A DNA stretch of 64,000 bases from assembly GCA_038230375.1 (NCBI GenBank), contig JBBRNJ010000017.1, positions 32,001 through 96,000 of the forward strand. Direction: 5' to 3'. How positions within the stretch are numbered: position 1 is the stretch's first letter; every line of letters begins with the position of its first letter. Below the pieces are notes generated by a model. The model had not been told where the DNA came from, ran no database searches, and saw only the letters and a list, made by a program, of their open reading frames with translations. Below, one piece after another: positions 28,772 to 39,031 of this stretch. The stretch is from Polyangiales bacterium (lineage in GTDB: Bacteria > Myxococcota_A > Polyangia > Polyangiales > Polyangiaceae). Made by a program: the position numbers and the translations under genes.

Positions 28772-29904
28772 TCGCCGCGCCGGCTTCGGTCCCACCGCCG
28801 CCGCAGCACGTGACGGTGGGCGAGTTTGCGACGGACCCAAGGCTCGGCATCGCGCTCACGCTGATCGCTGGTGCCGCCGGCACGAACAGGCCGCTGCGAC
28901 ATCCGCGCGTGCAGAAGAGCGGGCTCGCGCTCGCAGGCCACTACTACGGCGTTGTCCCCACACGCGTGCAGGTCTTCGGCGAGACGGAGCTGTCGTACCT
29001 GGACAGCATCACGCCCGAGGCACGCAGCCTCTCCTGTCGTGGCTTCTTCGCGCTTGGCCTCTCGTGCGTGGTCCTGACGCGCGAGGGCTCGCCGCAGAGG
29101 GCGCTTGCCGCCGCCGCCGAGGCCACGAGCACGCCGCTCTACATCTCCGACGCGCGCACCTCCAAGACCATCAACGCCGTGCACGCCACCCTGGACGAGC
29201 GGCTTGCGCCGAGCACGCAACTGCACGGCGTGCTGGTCGACGTGTTCGGTGTCGGGCTGCTCCTCCTTGGCAAGAGCGGGATCGGCAAGAGCGAGTGCGC
29301 TGTCGAGCTCGTGCTCCGCGGCCACCGCCTCGTTGCGGACGACGTGGTTCGCTGCGACTGGCGCCCACCCGGCATGGTGTTCGGCGCGCCCGCGGATCTC
29401 CTCCGCCACCACGTAGAGGTGCGCGGCCTTGGCATCTTGAACCTGAAGGAGATGTTCGGCGTCACGGCCGTGCGCGAGCGAAAGCGCATTGACGTGGTCG
29501 TGAAGCTCGAGGAATGGAACGAGAGCGCGGAGTACGATCGCCTCGGCATCACGGACCAGTTCCACCCCATCCTCGGCCAGCCCATCCGCATGCTCACCGT
29601 GCCGGTGCGACCCGCGCGCGACATGGGGTCGATCCTGGAGATGGCCGCGCGAAACGAGCTCCTCCGTCGCGCCGGAAAGAACCCCGCGAAGGACTTCATC
29701 AACCGCGTGGAGGGCGCACGCACAGCCGAGCTCAACGCCATCGTCGACGCACCCGAGAGCGTCGCGGGCCCCGTCGTGATCGCCTCCGAGGCCGACATCG
29801 TACCGCCGCCGAACAGCAGCCTTGCCCGCGGAGAGCCCGCGCGCCTGACGGAGAGCTCTGCGTGGATCCCGGCCGTGCGCCCCCGCACGGATGGTGACTC
29901 GTGA
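28768..29904 (+). CDS. hprK: HPr kinase/phosphorylase
   Basis: HGVLVDVFGVG, GKSGIGKSE, HRLVADD, EVRGLGI, PVRPARD motifs. Confidence 0.96.
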   Translation: MIAAPASVPPPPQHVTVGEFATDPRLGIALTLIAGAAGTNRPLRHPRVQKSGLALAGHYYGVVPTRVQVFGETELSYLDSITPEARSLSCRGFFALGLSCVVLTREGSPQRALAAAAEATSTPLYISDARTSKTINAVHATLDERLAPSTQLHGVLVDVFGVGLLLLGKSGIGKSECAVELVLRGHRLVADDVVRCDWRPPGMVFGAPADLLRHHVEVRGLGILNLKEMFGVTAVRERKRIDVVVKLEEWNESAEYDRLGITDQFHPILGQPIRMLTVPVRPARDMGSILEMAARNELLRRAGKNPAKDFINRVEGARTAELNAIVDAPESVAGPVVIASEADIVPPPNSSLARGEPARLTESSAWIPAVRPRTDGDS

Positions 29905-30911
29905 CGGGCCCGATCGACCGACCTTCGGAGCGAGGTGGAAAGCCCGTGGTCGCAGTGATCACCGGACTGTCGGGCGCAGGTCGCTCGACGGCGCTGCATG
30001 CGCTCGAGGACCTTGGCTTCTTCTGCATCGACAACCTGCCCACGGTGCTCGCGCCAGAGGCAGTGAAGCTCTGCGAGCGCGGCGGCATGTCGCGCGTGGC
30101 GCTCGGCATCGATGTGCGCGTACGCGCGTTCCTGGGCTCCGTGGGTGAGACCCTTGCCAAGATCGAGAGCGACGGCGCGCGCGATCTTCATGTCATCTTC
30201 CTGGATGCCTCCGATGAGGCCATCCTTCAGCGCTTCAGCGAGACGCGACGCCCACACGCACTTGCCACCGGACGCGACGGCGCCGGCGGCGTCCTTGACG
30301 GCGTCCAGATCGAGCGCGAGCGCCTCTCCCCTCTTCGTGCGCGTGCGACCCGCGTGATCGACACCACGCGGCTCAGCGTCCACGAGCTGCGACGTCAGAT
30401 CGTGGCGGAGTTCGGCCCCGCTGGCGAGGGCGCCACGCCGATGCAAGTTCGCGTCGTGTCGTTCGGCTTCAAGTATGGCGCGCCGGTGGATGCCGATCTG
30501 GTGTTCGACGTGCGCTTTCTGAAGAACCCGTTCTTCGTGCCCGACCTGCGACCGCTGACGGGGCAGGACGCGCGCGTCTCGAAGTTCGTGATGGAGCTCC
30601 CCGAGACGGCGGAGTTCCTTGAGCACACGATCCGCCTCCTCAAGTACGTGCTCCCCAAGTACGAGCGCGAGGGCAAGAGCTACCTCACGATCGGCGTGGG
30701 CTGCACGGGCGGACGGCATCGCTCCGTGACGCTCGCCAATGCGATCGGTAGGGAGCTAGGCGCGGCCGTGGTTCATCGCGACATCTCGCGCGAGCCCCCG
30801 CCGTCGCAGCCGCGGCCGCCAATGGCAATGGACCACGCAACCCAGAGCGAGCTCGCGGCGGAGCTCTCCCCGCTACCTCAGGCTGCAACGGAGACACCCC
30901 ATCGTGACTGA
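29901..30911 (+). CDS. rapZ: RNase adapter RapZ/YvcJ P-loop protein
   Basis: TGLSGAGRS, DNLP, SFGFKYG, DVRFLKNP, GCTGGRHRSV motifs. Confidence 0.95.
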   Translation: MTGPIDRPSERGGKPVVAVITGLSGAGRSTALHALEDLGFFCIDNLPTVLAPEAVKLCERGGMSRVALGIDVRVRAFLGSVGETLAKIESDGARDLHVIFLDASDEAILQRFSETRRPHALATGRDGAGGVLDGVQIERERLSPLRARATRVIDTTRLSVHELRRQIVAEFGPAGEGATPMQVRVVSFGFKYGAPVDADLVFDVRFLKNPFFVPDLRPLTGQDARVSKFVMELPETAEFLEHTIRLLKYVLPKYEREGKSYLTIGVGCTGGRHRSVTLANAIGRELGAAVVHRDISREPPPSQPRPPMAMDHATQSELAAELSPLPQAATETPHRD

Positions 30912-30963
30912 GAGGCGCGCTCCAATCATGCTAGAAGAGGCTCTCGAAGGGGGCTTGTGAGCC

Positions 30964-31239
30964 ATGGCGGAGACGCGCGAAGACTTCACGATCGTGAACA
31001 AGCTCGGCCTGCATGCGCGGGCCGCGACGAAGCTCGTGCAGCTCGCGTCCAAGTTCCCGTGTGAAGTGGAGCTGAGCTACGAGGGCCAGAGCGTCAACGC
31101 AAAGAGCGTGATGGGTGTGCTCCTCCTCTGTGGCTCCATGGGCGCCGTGGTCAGCGTGACCGCGCGAGGCGAGAAATCGCTCGAATGCGTCACTGCCATC
31201 GGCGACCTGATACGCGGCAAGTTCGGGGAGAGCGAGTGA
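30964..31239 (+). CDS. ptsH: Phosphocarrier protein HPr/NPr
   Basis: NKLGLHARAA (His15) and NAKSVMG (Ser46). Confidence 0.95.
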   Translation: MAETREDFTIVNKLGLHARAATKLVQLASKFPCEVELSYEGQSVNAKSVMGVLLLCGSMGAVVSVTARGEKSLECVTAIGDLIRGKFGESE

Positions 31240-33116
31240 CCGGGGGCAAGAGAGACTCCAGGGTCCCGAGCGCGCCTCCGACACTGCCTCCGGGTGCGCT
31301 GCTTGGCCGCGAGCCGATCACGCTTCGAGGCATCGCGGGGTCCGCCGGTGTAGCCGTTGGCAAGGCAGTCGTCCTGGGCGACGCCACCGCGCAGATCGTC
31401 CGCAAACACATCGCCAGCTCGCACATCGCCGACGAGGTCGCGCGGCTCCATACGGCGGTGCATGCCGCGAAGGACGCCGTCCGCGAGATCGAGGCGCGGC
31501 TGACCGGTATCGGGCCCGAGACCACCACCATCCTCGAGGCGTATCAGCTGATGCTGAGCGACCCGCTGCTGCTCACCGCGGTGGAGAAGAAGGTGCGCAA
31601 CGAGAAGAAGTGCGCCGAGTGGGCCGTGGTCGAGGCGAAGGAAGAGATCGCCGCTGCGTTCGGCCCCACGGAGACGAACGACAGGGACGCCTACATCGCT
31701 GCGCGACGCCACGACGTCGAGTTCGTCTGCGACCGGCTCCTGCGTGCGCTGGTCGGGGCTCCTCACGCCGTGCTCGATCTGGACGAACCTTCCATCATCG
31801 TCGCAAAGGATCTCTCGCCAGCAGACACGGCGAGCATGACCAAGATGCCGGTCCTTGGCTTCCTGACCGAGATCGGGTCACGGACCAGCCACACCGCGAT
31901 CATGGCGCGCGCGCTGGAGATCCCGTGCGTCGTGGGTGTCCAGGACGCGATGAGCCAGGTGCGCACGGGCGACACCGTCATCGTGGACGGCCTGTCTGGC
32001 CTGGTGACGATCCATCCCAGCGACATAAGCGTGCATGATGCACGCGTTCGCGCCGCGCAGCACGTGGCGTTCGCCAAGCGCCTCCTGCTCGGCCGCGACC
32101 GTCCGTGCAGGACCGCGTGCGGGCAGCCCGTATCTCTCAAGGCGAACGTGGAGCTGCCGGCAGAGGCCGTGTTCGCAGTGGACCACGGCGCCGAGGGCGT
32201 GGGCCTCTATCGTACGGAGTTCCTCTACATCGACCGCGACGTGCTCCCCACCGAAGAGGAGCAGTTCGAGATCTTCCGCGCCGTCATGCTCTCCATGGGC
32301 GACAGGCCGGTGACTCTTCGGACGTTCGATCTGGGCGGCGACAAGTTCGCGAGCTCGTTCCCGCTGCCCGCGGAGATGAACCCCGCGCTCGGCCTGCGAG
32401 CCGTGCGTCTTGCTCTCAAGGCGCCCGACGTGTTCCTCACGCAGCTGCGCGCCATGGCCCGCGCCAGCGCGTTTGGCGACCTTCGCATCATGATCCCGAT
32501 GATCTCGACCGTGCACGAGATGCGCGAGTCGCGCCGCCTGTTCGAACAGGCCGTGGAGGAGGTCCGCGCGCGAGGCCACGCCGTTCGTGACCACGTGCCG
32601 TTCGGCATGATGATCGAGGTGCCCTCTGCCGCAGTCATGGCGGACGTGTTCGCGCGGGAGGCAGATTTCTTCAGCATCGGAACGAACGACCTCGTCCAGT
32701 ATTCGCTCGCAATCGATCGCGCCAGCCGCTCGCTTGCAGACCTGGCGAGCCCGCTCGACCCGTCCATCCTGCGGCTCATCCACGGGGCCACCCGCGCCGC
32801 GATAAACCGCGGCATCCCGATCTCGGTATGCGGCGCAATGGCCTCCGACCCCGTCGCGGCATCGCTCCTCGTGGGGCTTGGCCTGCGTGAGCTGTCCATG
32901 GAGGCCGCGGCGATCCCGGAGATCAAGGAGGCGATCGCCCGCATCACCCTGGCCGAGGCAGAGAACCTGGCCGAGGCTGCCCTGGGCATGGACAGCGCCG
33001 TCTCCGTGCGCGAGCTGCTCGACCGCGAGCTCGCTCCGAGACTCATCGACATCCTCTCCGGCGTGGCTGACGAGTCCGTGACCATCACCCGCAGCTCCTC
33101 GCCGCCTCGCGCGTAG
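31236..33116 (+). CDS. ptsI: PEP-protein phosphotransferase (Enzyme I)
   Basis: SHTAIMAR, GVGLYRTEF, RTFDLGGDK, NPALGLR, FSIGTNDL motifs; GTGA overlap with ptsH. Confidence 0.96.
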   Translation: MTGGKRDSRVPSAPPTLPPGALLGREPITLRGIAGSAGVAVGKAVVLGDATAQIVRKHIASSHIADEVARLHTAVHAAKDAVREIEARLTGIGPETTTILEAYQLMLSDPLLLTAVEKKVRNEKKCAEWAVVEAKEEIAAAFGPTETNDRDAYIAARRHDVEFVCDRLLRALVGAPHAVLDLDEPSIIVAKDLSPADTASMTKMPVLGFLTEIGSRTSHTAIMARALEIPCVVGVQDAMSQVRTGDTVIVDGLSGLVTIHPSDISVHDARVRAAQHVAFAKRLLLGRDRPCRTACGQPVSLKANVELPAEAVFAVDHGAEGVGLYRTEFLYIDRDVLPTEEEQFEIFRAVMLSMGDRPVTLRTFDLGGDKFASSFPLPAEMNPALGLRAVRLALKAPDVFLTQLRAMARASAFGDLRIMIPMISTVHEMRESRRLFEQAVEEVRARGHAVRDHVPFGMMIEVPSAAVMADVFAREADFFSIGTNDLVQYSLAIDRASRSLADLASPLDPSILRLIHGATRAAINRGIPISVCGAMASDPVAASLLVGLGLRELSMEAAAIPEIKEAIARITLAEAENLAEAALGMDSAVSVRELLDRELAPRLIDILSGVADESVTITRSSSPPRA

Positions 33117-33199
33117 CCCCGTCTCCTGGCTGTCGCATCGCGTTCACGGAAATTCGGCTTGTACCCGGCGAATGTCTTGATGGTAGGGTGCCGGCCGCC

Positions 33200-35590
33200 A
33201 TGGGAAGTTGGTTCACTCGAGCTCTCGCCTTCGCTGCGACCGTCGGCTTCTGTGTTGGCGCGTCCACGCTTCCGGGCTGCACGGACAACGGGCCGAATCC
33301 GGTCTCGTCGCCCTGTCCGCCCGGTAAGACGTGCGAGGTGCGCCTCACGCTGCTCCACACGTCGGACATCCACTCGCGTCTGTTTGCCTACGACCAGATC
33401 ATCACGCAGATCGACTCGAACCTGGGCCTGGGGCCGCTGAACCAGAACGCGCACGTCGGCGGAGTGACGCGCCTCGCGTACCTGATCAATCGTGAGCGCG
33501 CGCGGGCGAACCGCGTGCTGCACCTGGACTCCGGCGATGCGTTCCAAGGCGCGCCGGTCTTCAACTTCTTCTCCGGCGAGCCGGAGATGCGTTACCAGTC
33601 GATGATCGGCGTCGACGCCGCGGTCATCGGCAACCACGAGTTCGACCGCGGCATGAACAACCTGGTCTACCAGTACCAGCGCTACGCCAAGTTCCCGGTC
33701 CTCGCGGCCAACTACAACTTCGGGAGCAACCAGTCTCCCGGCTTCACGGCGCTCGGCACGGTGGCCGCTCCTTTCACGGTGTTCAATCAGGAGGGCCTCA
33801 AGATCGCCGTCATCGGCATGGGGAACCTCTCCAGCCTTGGCTCGATCTTCGATCAGCCGAACTCCACCGGAATTCGCCCGCTCAACTCGCACGAGGTCGC
33901 GCAGTTCTACATCGATCTGCTTCGGCCGTACGTGGACGTCGTGGTCATGCTCACGCACCTGGGGCTCGAGGCAGACCAGGACATGGTCCGCAACACCACC
34001 GGCGTCGACGCCGTCCTCGGCGGTCACAATCACATCGTCATCAACCCGCCGCAGCAGCTGCAAGACTGCTCCGCGGACCAGCTGGACCCAGGCTTCATCT
34101 GGGAAGTCGACCCCAACATCGACATTCCGTCGGAAGGAACGCCGCCGAACGACGCGAAGCACCCGGACCCGATCCGCCATCCGTACCAGTTCAAGCGCCC
34201 GTGCCACACGCGCAATGTGCTCATCATGCACTCGGGAGCGTTCGCCAAGTACCTTGGTCGGCTCGATCTCGTCCTGTCGAACGAGCCCACGCAGGCCGCG
34301 GCGCCGGACGGCAACTACGACCCGACGAACGGCTTCGAGATCATCTCGAGCACCTACACGCCCTTCCCCGTCACGAACGACCTCCCGGAAGATCCGGTGA
34401 TCGTCGAGATGCTCCAGCCGTACCAGCGCGCGCTCGACAAGGTCGCCGACCTCGACATCCTCGTGGGCTACAGCCCGAACGGCGCCAAGCGCATCGCCAG
34501 CAACGGCGGTGACTCGCCGCTCGGGAACATGATCTCGAACGCCATGTGGCTCCGGCTCGGCATCCAGACGGACTTCGCCCTCACGAACTCCACCGGCGTC
34601 CGCGCGGACCTGAACCCCGGCCCGGTCACTGTGGAGGAGATCTACAACATCTTCCCGTTCGACAACTCGATCAGCAAGATGCAGCTCTCCGGCCTCGAGG
34701 TGCAGGAGATGTTCGACTTCGTCGCGCGCCGAACGGCGAGCCGCGGCTGCGCATCGCAGGTCCAGATCGCTGGCGTGCGCGTCCAGCTGAACTGCTCCGG
34801 ATGCGCGCGGCCCGACGCGGGCCAGCTTTGCGTGGTCGACACAGACTGCCCGGATCAGTCCACGGGCTCGTGCGCCGCCGGCCACTGCAAAGTGAGCGCG
34901 TGCGCGGACAACGTCTTCATCGGTCACCAGGCCGACCAGAAGGATCCGTCCGGCAAGACCTACCGCAAGTGCATGGTCGACACCGACTGCACGGAGAAGA
35001 TCCCCGGCCAGTGCGACCACGGCCCGCCGAGCAACGCATCGGGGCCGGGCTTCTGCCTCTCCCCCATCGGCGCGACCAACCTGTACGAGCTCGCGACCAG
35101 CAACTACATCGCAGGAGGCGGCTCGGGCTTCCGCGTCCTCCAGCGAAACACCACGCAGTTCGACACGAAGATCCAGCAGCGTGACGCGCTCATCGACTAC
35201 CTGCGCCAGGGCAAGCCGTGCGGCTACGACCCGGCCGCCGGCACATCGGAGGGACTGAAGTCCTGCGCGCAGAACTCGGACTGCAGCGCGGACGGCGCCT
35301 TCATCTGTGCGTGCCCCGGTCACGCAACGGCGACCGGTTCTGGAACCTCACTCACCTGCGCCACTACGGGCGTGTGCGGAACGGATCTGGGGCGCTGCGT
35401 ACGCGCGGACTGCCGCGACCAGGTCGCTCGGTTCCACGCCCGCTCGTGCGCAACGTCGCCGAACGCGGAGCAGTGCAACACCGACCTGAACGCCTGCGCG
35501 CTCGGCGGTGAAGAGTGCAAGTTCCTCTCGTGCGTCGACGAGAACCTGGGCAACTACTCCGACAACCGCGTGCAATTGATCGGCAAATGA
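33200..35590 (+). CDS. Bifunctional metallophosphatase/5'-nucleotidase lipoprotein with Cys-rich inserts
   Basis: LHTSDIHS, LDSGD, GNHEFD, THLG, GGHNH; C-domain TNSTGVRA, FPFDN, YIAGGGSGF; LPGC lipobox. Confidence 0.9.
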   Translation: MGSWFTRALAFAATVGFCVGASTLPGCTDNGPNPVSSPCPPGKTCEVRLTLLHTSDIHSRLFAYDQIITQIDSNLGLGPLNQNAHVGGVTRLAYLINRERARANRVLHLDSGDAFQGAPVFNFFSGEPEMRYQSMIGVDAAVIGNHEFDRGMNNLVYQYQRYAKFPVLAANYNFGSNQSPGFTALGTVAAPFTVFNQEGLKIAVIGMGNLSSLGSIFDQPNSTGIRPLNSHEVAQFYIDLLRPYVDVVVMLTHLGLEADQDMVRNTTGVDAVLGGHNHIVINPPQQLQDCSADQLDPGFIWEVDPNIDIPSEGTPPNDAKHPDPIRHPYQFKRPCHTRNVLIMHSGAFAKYLGRLDLVLSNEPTQAAAPDGNYDPTNGFEIISSTYTPFPVTNDLPEDPVIVEMLQPYQRALDKVADLDILVGYSPNGAKRIASNGGDSPLGNMISNAMWLRLGIQTDFALTNSTGVRADLNPGPVTVEEIYNIFPFDNSISKMQLSGLEVQEMFDFVARRTASRGCASQVQIAGVRVQLNCSGCARPDAGQLCVVDTDCPDQSTGSCAAGHCKVSACADNVFIGHQADQKDPSGKTYRKCMVDTDCTEKIPGQCDHGPPSNASGPGFCLSPIGATNLYELATSNYIAGGGSGFRVLQRNTTQFDTKIQQRDALIDYLRQGKPCGYDPAAGTSEGLKSCAQNSDCSADGAFICACPGHATATGSGTSLTCATTGVCGTDLGRCVRADCRDQVARFHARSCATSPNAEQCNTDLNACALGGEECKFLSCVDENLGNYSDNRVQLIGK

Positions 35591-35597
35591 AGCTCAA

Positions 35598-37157
35598 ATG
35601 AAGCTCGCCCATCTATCCATCCCGCTCGCCCTCATCGCCGGCCTCAGCTCGCCCGGCTGCAGCGGCGGCACGCCGATTCGCGTCGACACCCTCCGCCTCC
35701 AGGTCGATCTGGCGCCCACGGCGAAGATCGGCTTGCGCACGGCCAGGCTGCCAATCTCGCTCTCGTCCGCGCTCGACTTCCCCGTGACGGTGACCGCGCT
35801 GCTCCCGGACGGCACCGTCGACACGACCTTCAACGGCGAGGTGCGCCTCTCCGTGAAGCCGGGCAGCGTGCAGGCCGTCAGCGGTCCCAACAGCGAAGGT
35901 CGCAACGTCAAGCTGGTGAACGGCGTCGCCACGGGCGTGGTCGTGAGCCTGCTAGGCGCCTTCGGCGACGCACGCATCCTTGCAGACGACCTGGGCTACC
36001 TCCCCGCTGACCCGCTGCGCAAGCCGCCTCCGCAGTGCTCGAACGGCCTCGACGACGACGGCGACGGCCTGATCGATTTCCCGGCTGACCCCGGCTGTGC
36101 GTTCGGAAACGACGACACGGAAACCGGCGGCACCTACTCGGCCGGCGCGAGCAGCGCGATTCACTTCAACTACCCGCGCATCTCGGACGTGCGCGGCCTT
36201 CCGCTCGGCGGCGGCTCGACCGCATATCCGAACCAGCAGGTGCAGATGAACACCGGCTGGAACACGGACGACCCGGCGAAGTGCCCCAAGGGGAAGTTCC
36301 CGTGCTTCGTGTTCAACTCCGTCGTGACGCGCATCGCAGGTGATGGCTTCTACGCCACCGACGTCGACGCACAGGCGGCCACTGGGTACTCCAGCGTGTT
36401 CGCATACAACTTCAGCCCGCCCCCCGACATGCGCGTGTGCGACCGCCTCAAGTCGTTCGGCGGCACCTCCTCCGACTTCTTCGGCTTCACCGAGATCAAC
36501 TACCCCACCTGGGAGCTCGATCAGTGGGATCCAAACGTGCGCCCATGTGGTGTGCCGGAGCCGCACCTGCTGGATGTCTTCGAGATCAGCGACACCGTCA
36601 CGCTGCTCAAGAACACGGCAGCACTGGTCCGCGTGCAGACATCGCCGCTGCTGGACGTCCACGTCACATCGAAGTTCGGTCCGGGCACACCCAAGTGCAA
36701 TCTCATCGACGCCGTGAAGGACATCTGGACCTGCGAGATTGGCGCCGACGCGACCAACTGCGATCTCAACAAGGACGGCAAGGTCGACTTCGGAAAGAAC
36801 CCCGAGAAGACCTGCGCGGCCACGTGCTCCGCCGACATGGCGAAGGAGTGCACGGAGTTCTCCGACTACCTCGGGCGCGGAAATTTTCTCCTCGTGCTCA
36901 AGGACCTGAACAACGTGGTCAGCGTGGTTGCGGCAAACGGACTTGCTGCGAACAACTTCGACGCTCATGCACTGAAGGGCAAGCCCATCGGCGCCTTCAC
37001 GGGCACCCTCCGCTACTTCTCGGGCGGCTCGCAGTTCACGATCGAGGCCCGCTGCGACGCGGACATCGTCACCGACCCCTCGAAGAAGCCGCTGCCCTCC
37101 GACCAGGCCTGCGTGTTCCCTCGCGCCTTCAACGACTCCAATGACACGTCTCACTGA
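35598..37157 (+). CDS. Lipoprotein with Ig-like, Ca-binding and YhcR/ExeM-type OB-fold-like regions
   Basis: SPGC lipobox; CSNGLDDDGDGLIDFPADPGC; RISDVRG...VVTRIAGDGFYATD...SVFAY...RVCDRL...FFGFTEI. Confidence 0.65.
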   Translation: MKLAHLSIPLALIAGLSSPGCSGGTPIRVDTLRLQVDLAPTAKIGLRTARLPISLSSALDFPVTVTALLPDGTVDTTFNGEVRLSVKPGSVQAVSGPNSEGRNVKLVNGVATGVVVSLLGAFGDARILADDLGYLPADPLRKPPPQCSNGLDDDGDGLIDFPADPGCAFGNDDTETGGTYSAGASSAIHFNYPRISDVRGLPLGGGSTAYPNQQVQMNTGWNTDDPAKCPKGKFPCFVFNSVVTRIAGDGFYATDVDAQAATGYSSVFAYNFSPPPDMRVCDRLKSFGGTSSDFFGFTEINYPTWELDQWDPNVRPCGVPEPHLLDVFEISDTVTLLKNTAALVRVQTSPLLDVHVTSKFGPGTPKCNLIDAVKDIWTCEIGADATNCDLNKDGKVDFGKNPEKTCAATCSADMAKECTEFSDYLGRGNFLLVLKDLNNVVSVVAANGLAANNFDAHALKGKPIGAFTGTLRYFSGGSQFTIEARCDADIVTDPSKKPLPSDQACVFPRAFNDSNDTSH

Positions 37158-37179
37158 CATCGTGCTCCCAAGGTCCCCC

Positions 37180-39000
37180 ATGCGACGCCTCTCAGCCACA
37201 GCCGCCATCCTCCCCACTCTCCTTCTCCTCGCGGGCAGCGCGCACGCGCAGACCTCAGATCCGAAGGGCGCAGATCCCAAGAGCTCTGATCCCAAGGCTG
37301 GTGCTGGTGCCAGTGTCAGCGCGGGCACCGACGTGCAGGCCGGTGGCGACGTCAAACCTGGGGATCCGAAGCCCGGCGACACGAAGCCGGCAGAGGGCAC
37401 AGACCCGAACGCAGGGCCGCAGCCCACGCCCGCGGTCGATCAGGGCACGGCCGGCGCGCGGACCGCAGGCATGCTCCCTTCGGACGTGAACTTCGGCAAC
37501 TTCATGGACACGCGTCTCACGTGGACGTTCGGCGACGACGACTTCCTCCACAAGACAGGCGAGCTCGTGCCGCTGTCCCCGACCTTCAGCATCGGCGACC
37601 GCTCGCAGTACCGCCTGTTCTTCGACAACCTGAACTCCCGCTTCGCCGGCCGCGAGAACCTCACGCACCTCGTGATGTACAAACGCATGCCCGCGTTCAT
37701 CGACAAGCTCACGACCGAGGCCGCCATGGTGCTGCGCTTCGATCTCGCGGCGCTCGCCTCGAACAGCGGCAACTTGAACCAGTCGCTCAACGACTCTGGC
37801 TCGTACATCCGCCTGTTCTACCAGGTGGGCGCGAACGAGCGCAGCGGCCTCTCCGCGACGTTCTTCCCGCTCGACACGGATCGCTTCCGCCTCGGCTACC
37901 TCTACGACATCACGTGGGGCGGCACCGCGCAGTCGATCAACCAGTCGATTTTCCCGCGCATCCAGGGCAGCTCGCCCGGCATGAAGGTCCAGTACGACTT
38001 CGCCGACAAGTTCTACGGCTTCCTCGGCTTCAAGACGGCGACGATCGTCCAGCCCGAGACGGTCATCCAGAGCGTCGGCACGCTGACCAACACCGAGACC
38101 GTGCGCGTTGGCGAGACCAACTACGGATTCCTTGGCGGCTTCGGCGTGGACCCGGTGAAGAACTTCCGCTTCGACGTGGGCGGCGGCTACTTCCAGCAGG
38201 GCAAGTTCGACCTGGACGACGTCCGCGGCAAGCCGGTCTACACGTACGGCGGCTCCACGCGCATCGTCGTGCACGACAACATGCCCGTGCCGCAGTCGGT
38301 CGACTTCTTGCTCTACAAGAACGACCCGATGAAGCCGATGCTCCTCTTCAAGCCCGAGGTCTACAACCCCGGCACCGTGGCGTGGAGCGTCTCCGCAGAA
38401 GGCTCGCTGCTCGAGCAGCACCTGAAGGACTTCGACACCGCAGGCGCAACCAAGGACCAGGCCGCATATGCCGCCGCGATCCAGGGCGTCGTGAAGGCCG
38501 GCTTCTTCCGCGTCAGCGCGACGGGCATCTACCGCAACCTGAACTTCGTCGTCCGCAGCGTCCCGGGCTTCATCCCGTTCGAGACCTTGCCCAAGTCGGC
38601 CAAGACCGACGGAGAGCTCTTCGGCGCGCTCGCAGCGGACTACTACATCCAGTCGCTGCGGCTCACCCCGGGCCTCGGCGGCGGCGTGCAGCTCCCGTCC
38701 ACGTTCCGGAGTGAGTTCACGGACGGCGGCGTCCAGGCAGAGCGCACCATCGTGGTCCGCCAGCAGGGCGACGAGTCGATCCTCCCGTACAATGCGGGCC
38801 GCAGCGCCATCGTGCAGATGCGCGCGAACGTCAAGTGGGACATCTCGCCGATGCTCGCCGCGGTGGTCTGGGCGCAGTTCGTCCGCGACAACAACGGCAC
38901 GCTCGTCGTGACCGACCCCACGCAGGGCAGCTCCGGTCTCCGCGTCTTCCAGGACCCGAACCGCTTCGGGATCGGAACCTCGCTGCAGGCTCGCTTCTAG
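37180..39000 (+). CDS. Predicted outer-membrane beta-barrel protein
   Basis: AHA-Q signal peptide, disordered N-terminus, alternating aromatic strands, terminal ...SLQARF (BAM-type signal). Confidence 0.72.
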   Translation: MRRLSATAAILPTLLLLAGSAHAQTSDPKGADPKSSDPKAGAGASVSAGTDVQAGGDVKPGDPKPGDTKPAEGTDPNAGPQPTPAVDQGTAGARTAGMLPSDVNFGNFMDTRLTWTFGDDDFLHKTGELVPLSPTFSIGDRSQYRLFFDNLNSRFAGRENLTHLVMYKRMPAFIDKLTTEAAMVLRFDLAALASNSGNLNQSLNDSGSYIRLFYQVGANERSGLSATFFPLDTDRFRLGYLYDITWGGTAQSINQSIFPRIQGSSPGMKVQYDFADKFYGFLGFKTATIVQPETVIQSVGTLTNTETVRVGETNYGFLGGFGVDPVKNFRFDVGGGYFQQGKFDLDDVRGKPVYTYGGSTRIVVHDNMPVPQSVDFLLYKNDPMKPMLLFKPEVYNPGTVAWSVSAEGSLLEQHLKDFDTAGATKDQAAYAAAIQGVVKAGFFRVSATGIYRNLNFVVRSVPGFIPFETLPKSAKTDGELFGALAADYYIQSLRLTPGLGGGVQLPSTFRSEFTDGGVQAERTIVVRQQGDESILPYNAGRSAIVQMRANVKWDISPMLAAVVWAQFVRDNNGTLVVTDPTQGSSGLRVFQDPNRFGIGTSLQARF

Positions 39001-39031
39001 TCTCCTGTCTTGCCGCTGAAGGTCCGGGGAC

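Noticed and set aside
32225..35323. Very long antisense ORFs (also 45436..47841, 7458..9932, 37255..39108)
   Set aside because: Shadow ORFs opposite well-supported genes, expected from high-GC codon bias; no recognisable motifs
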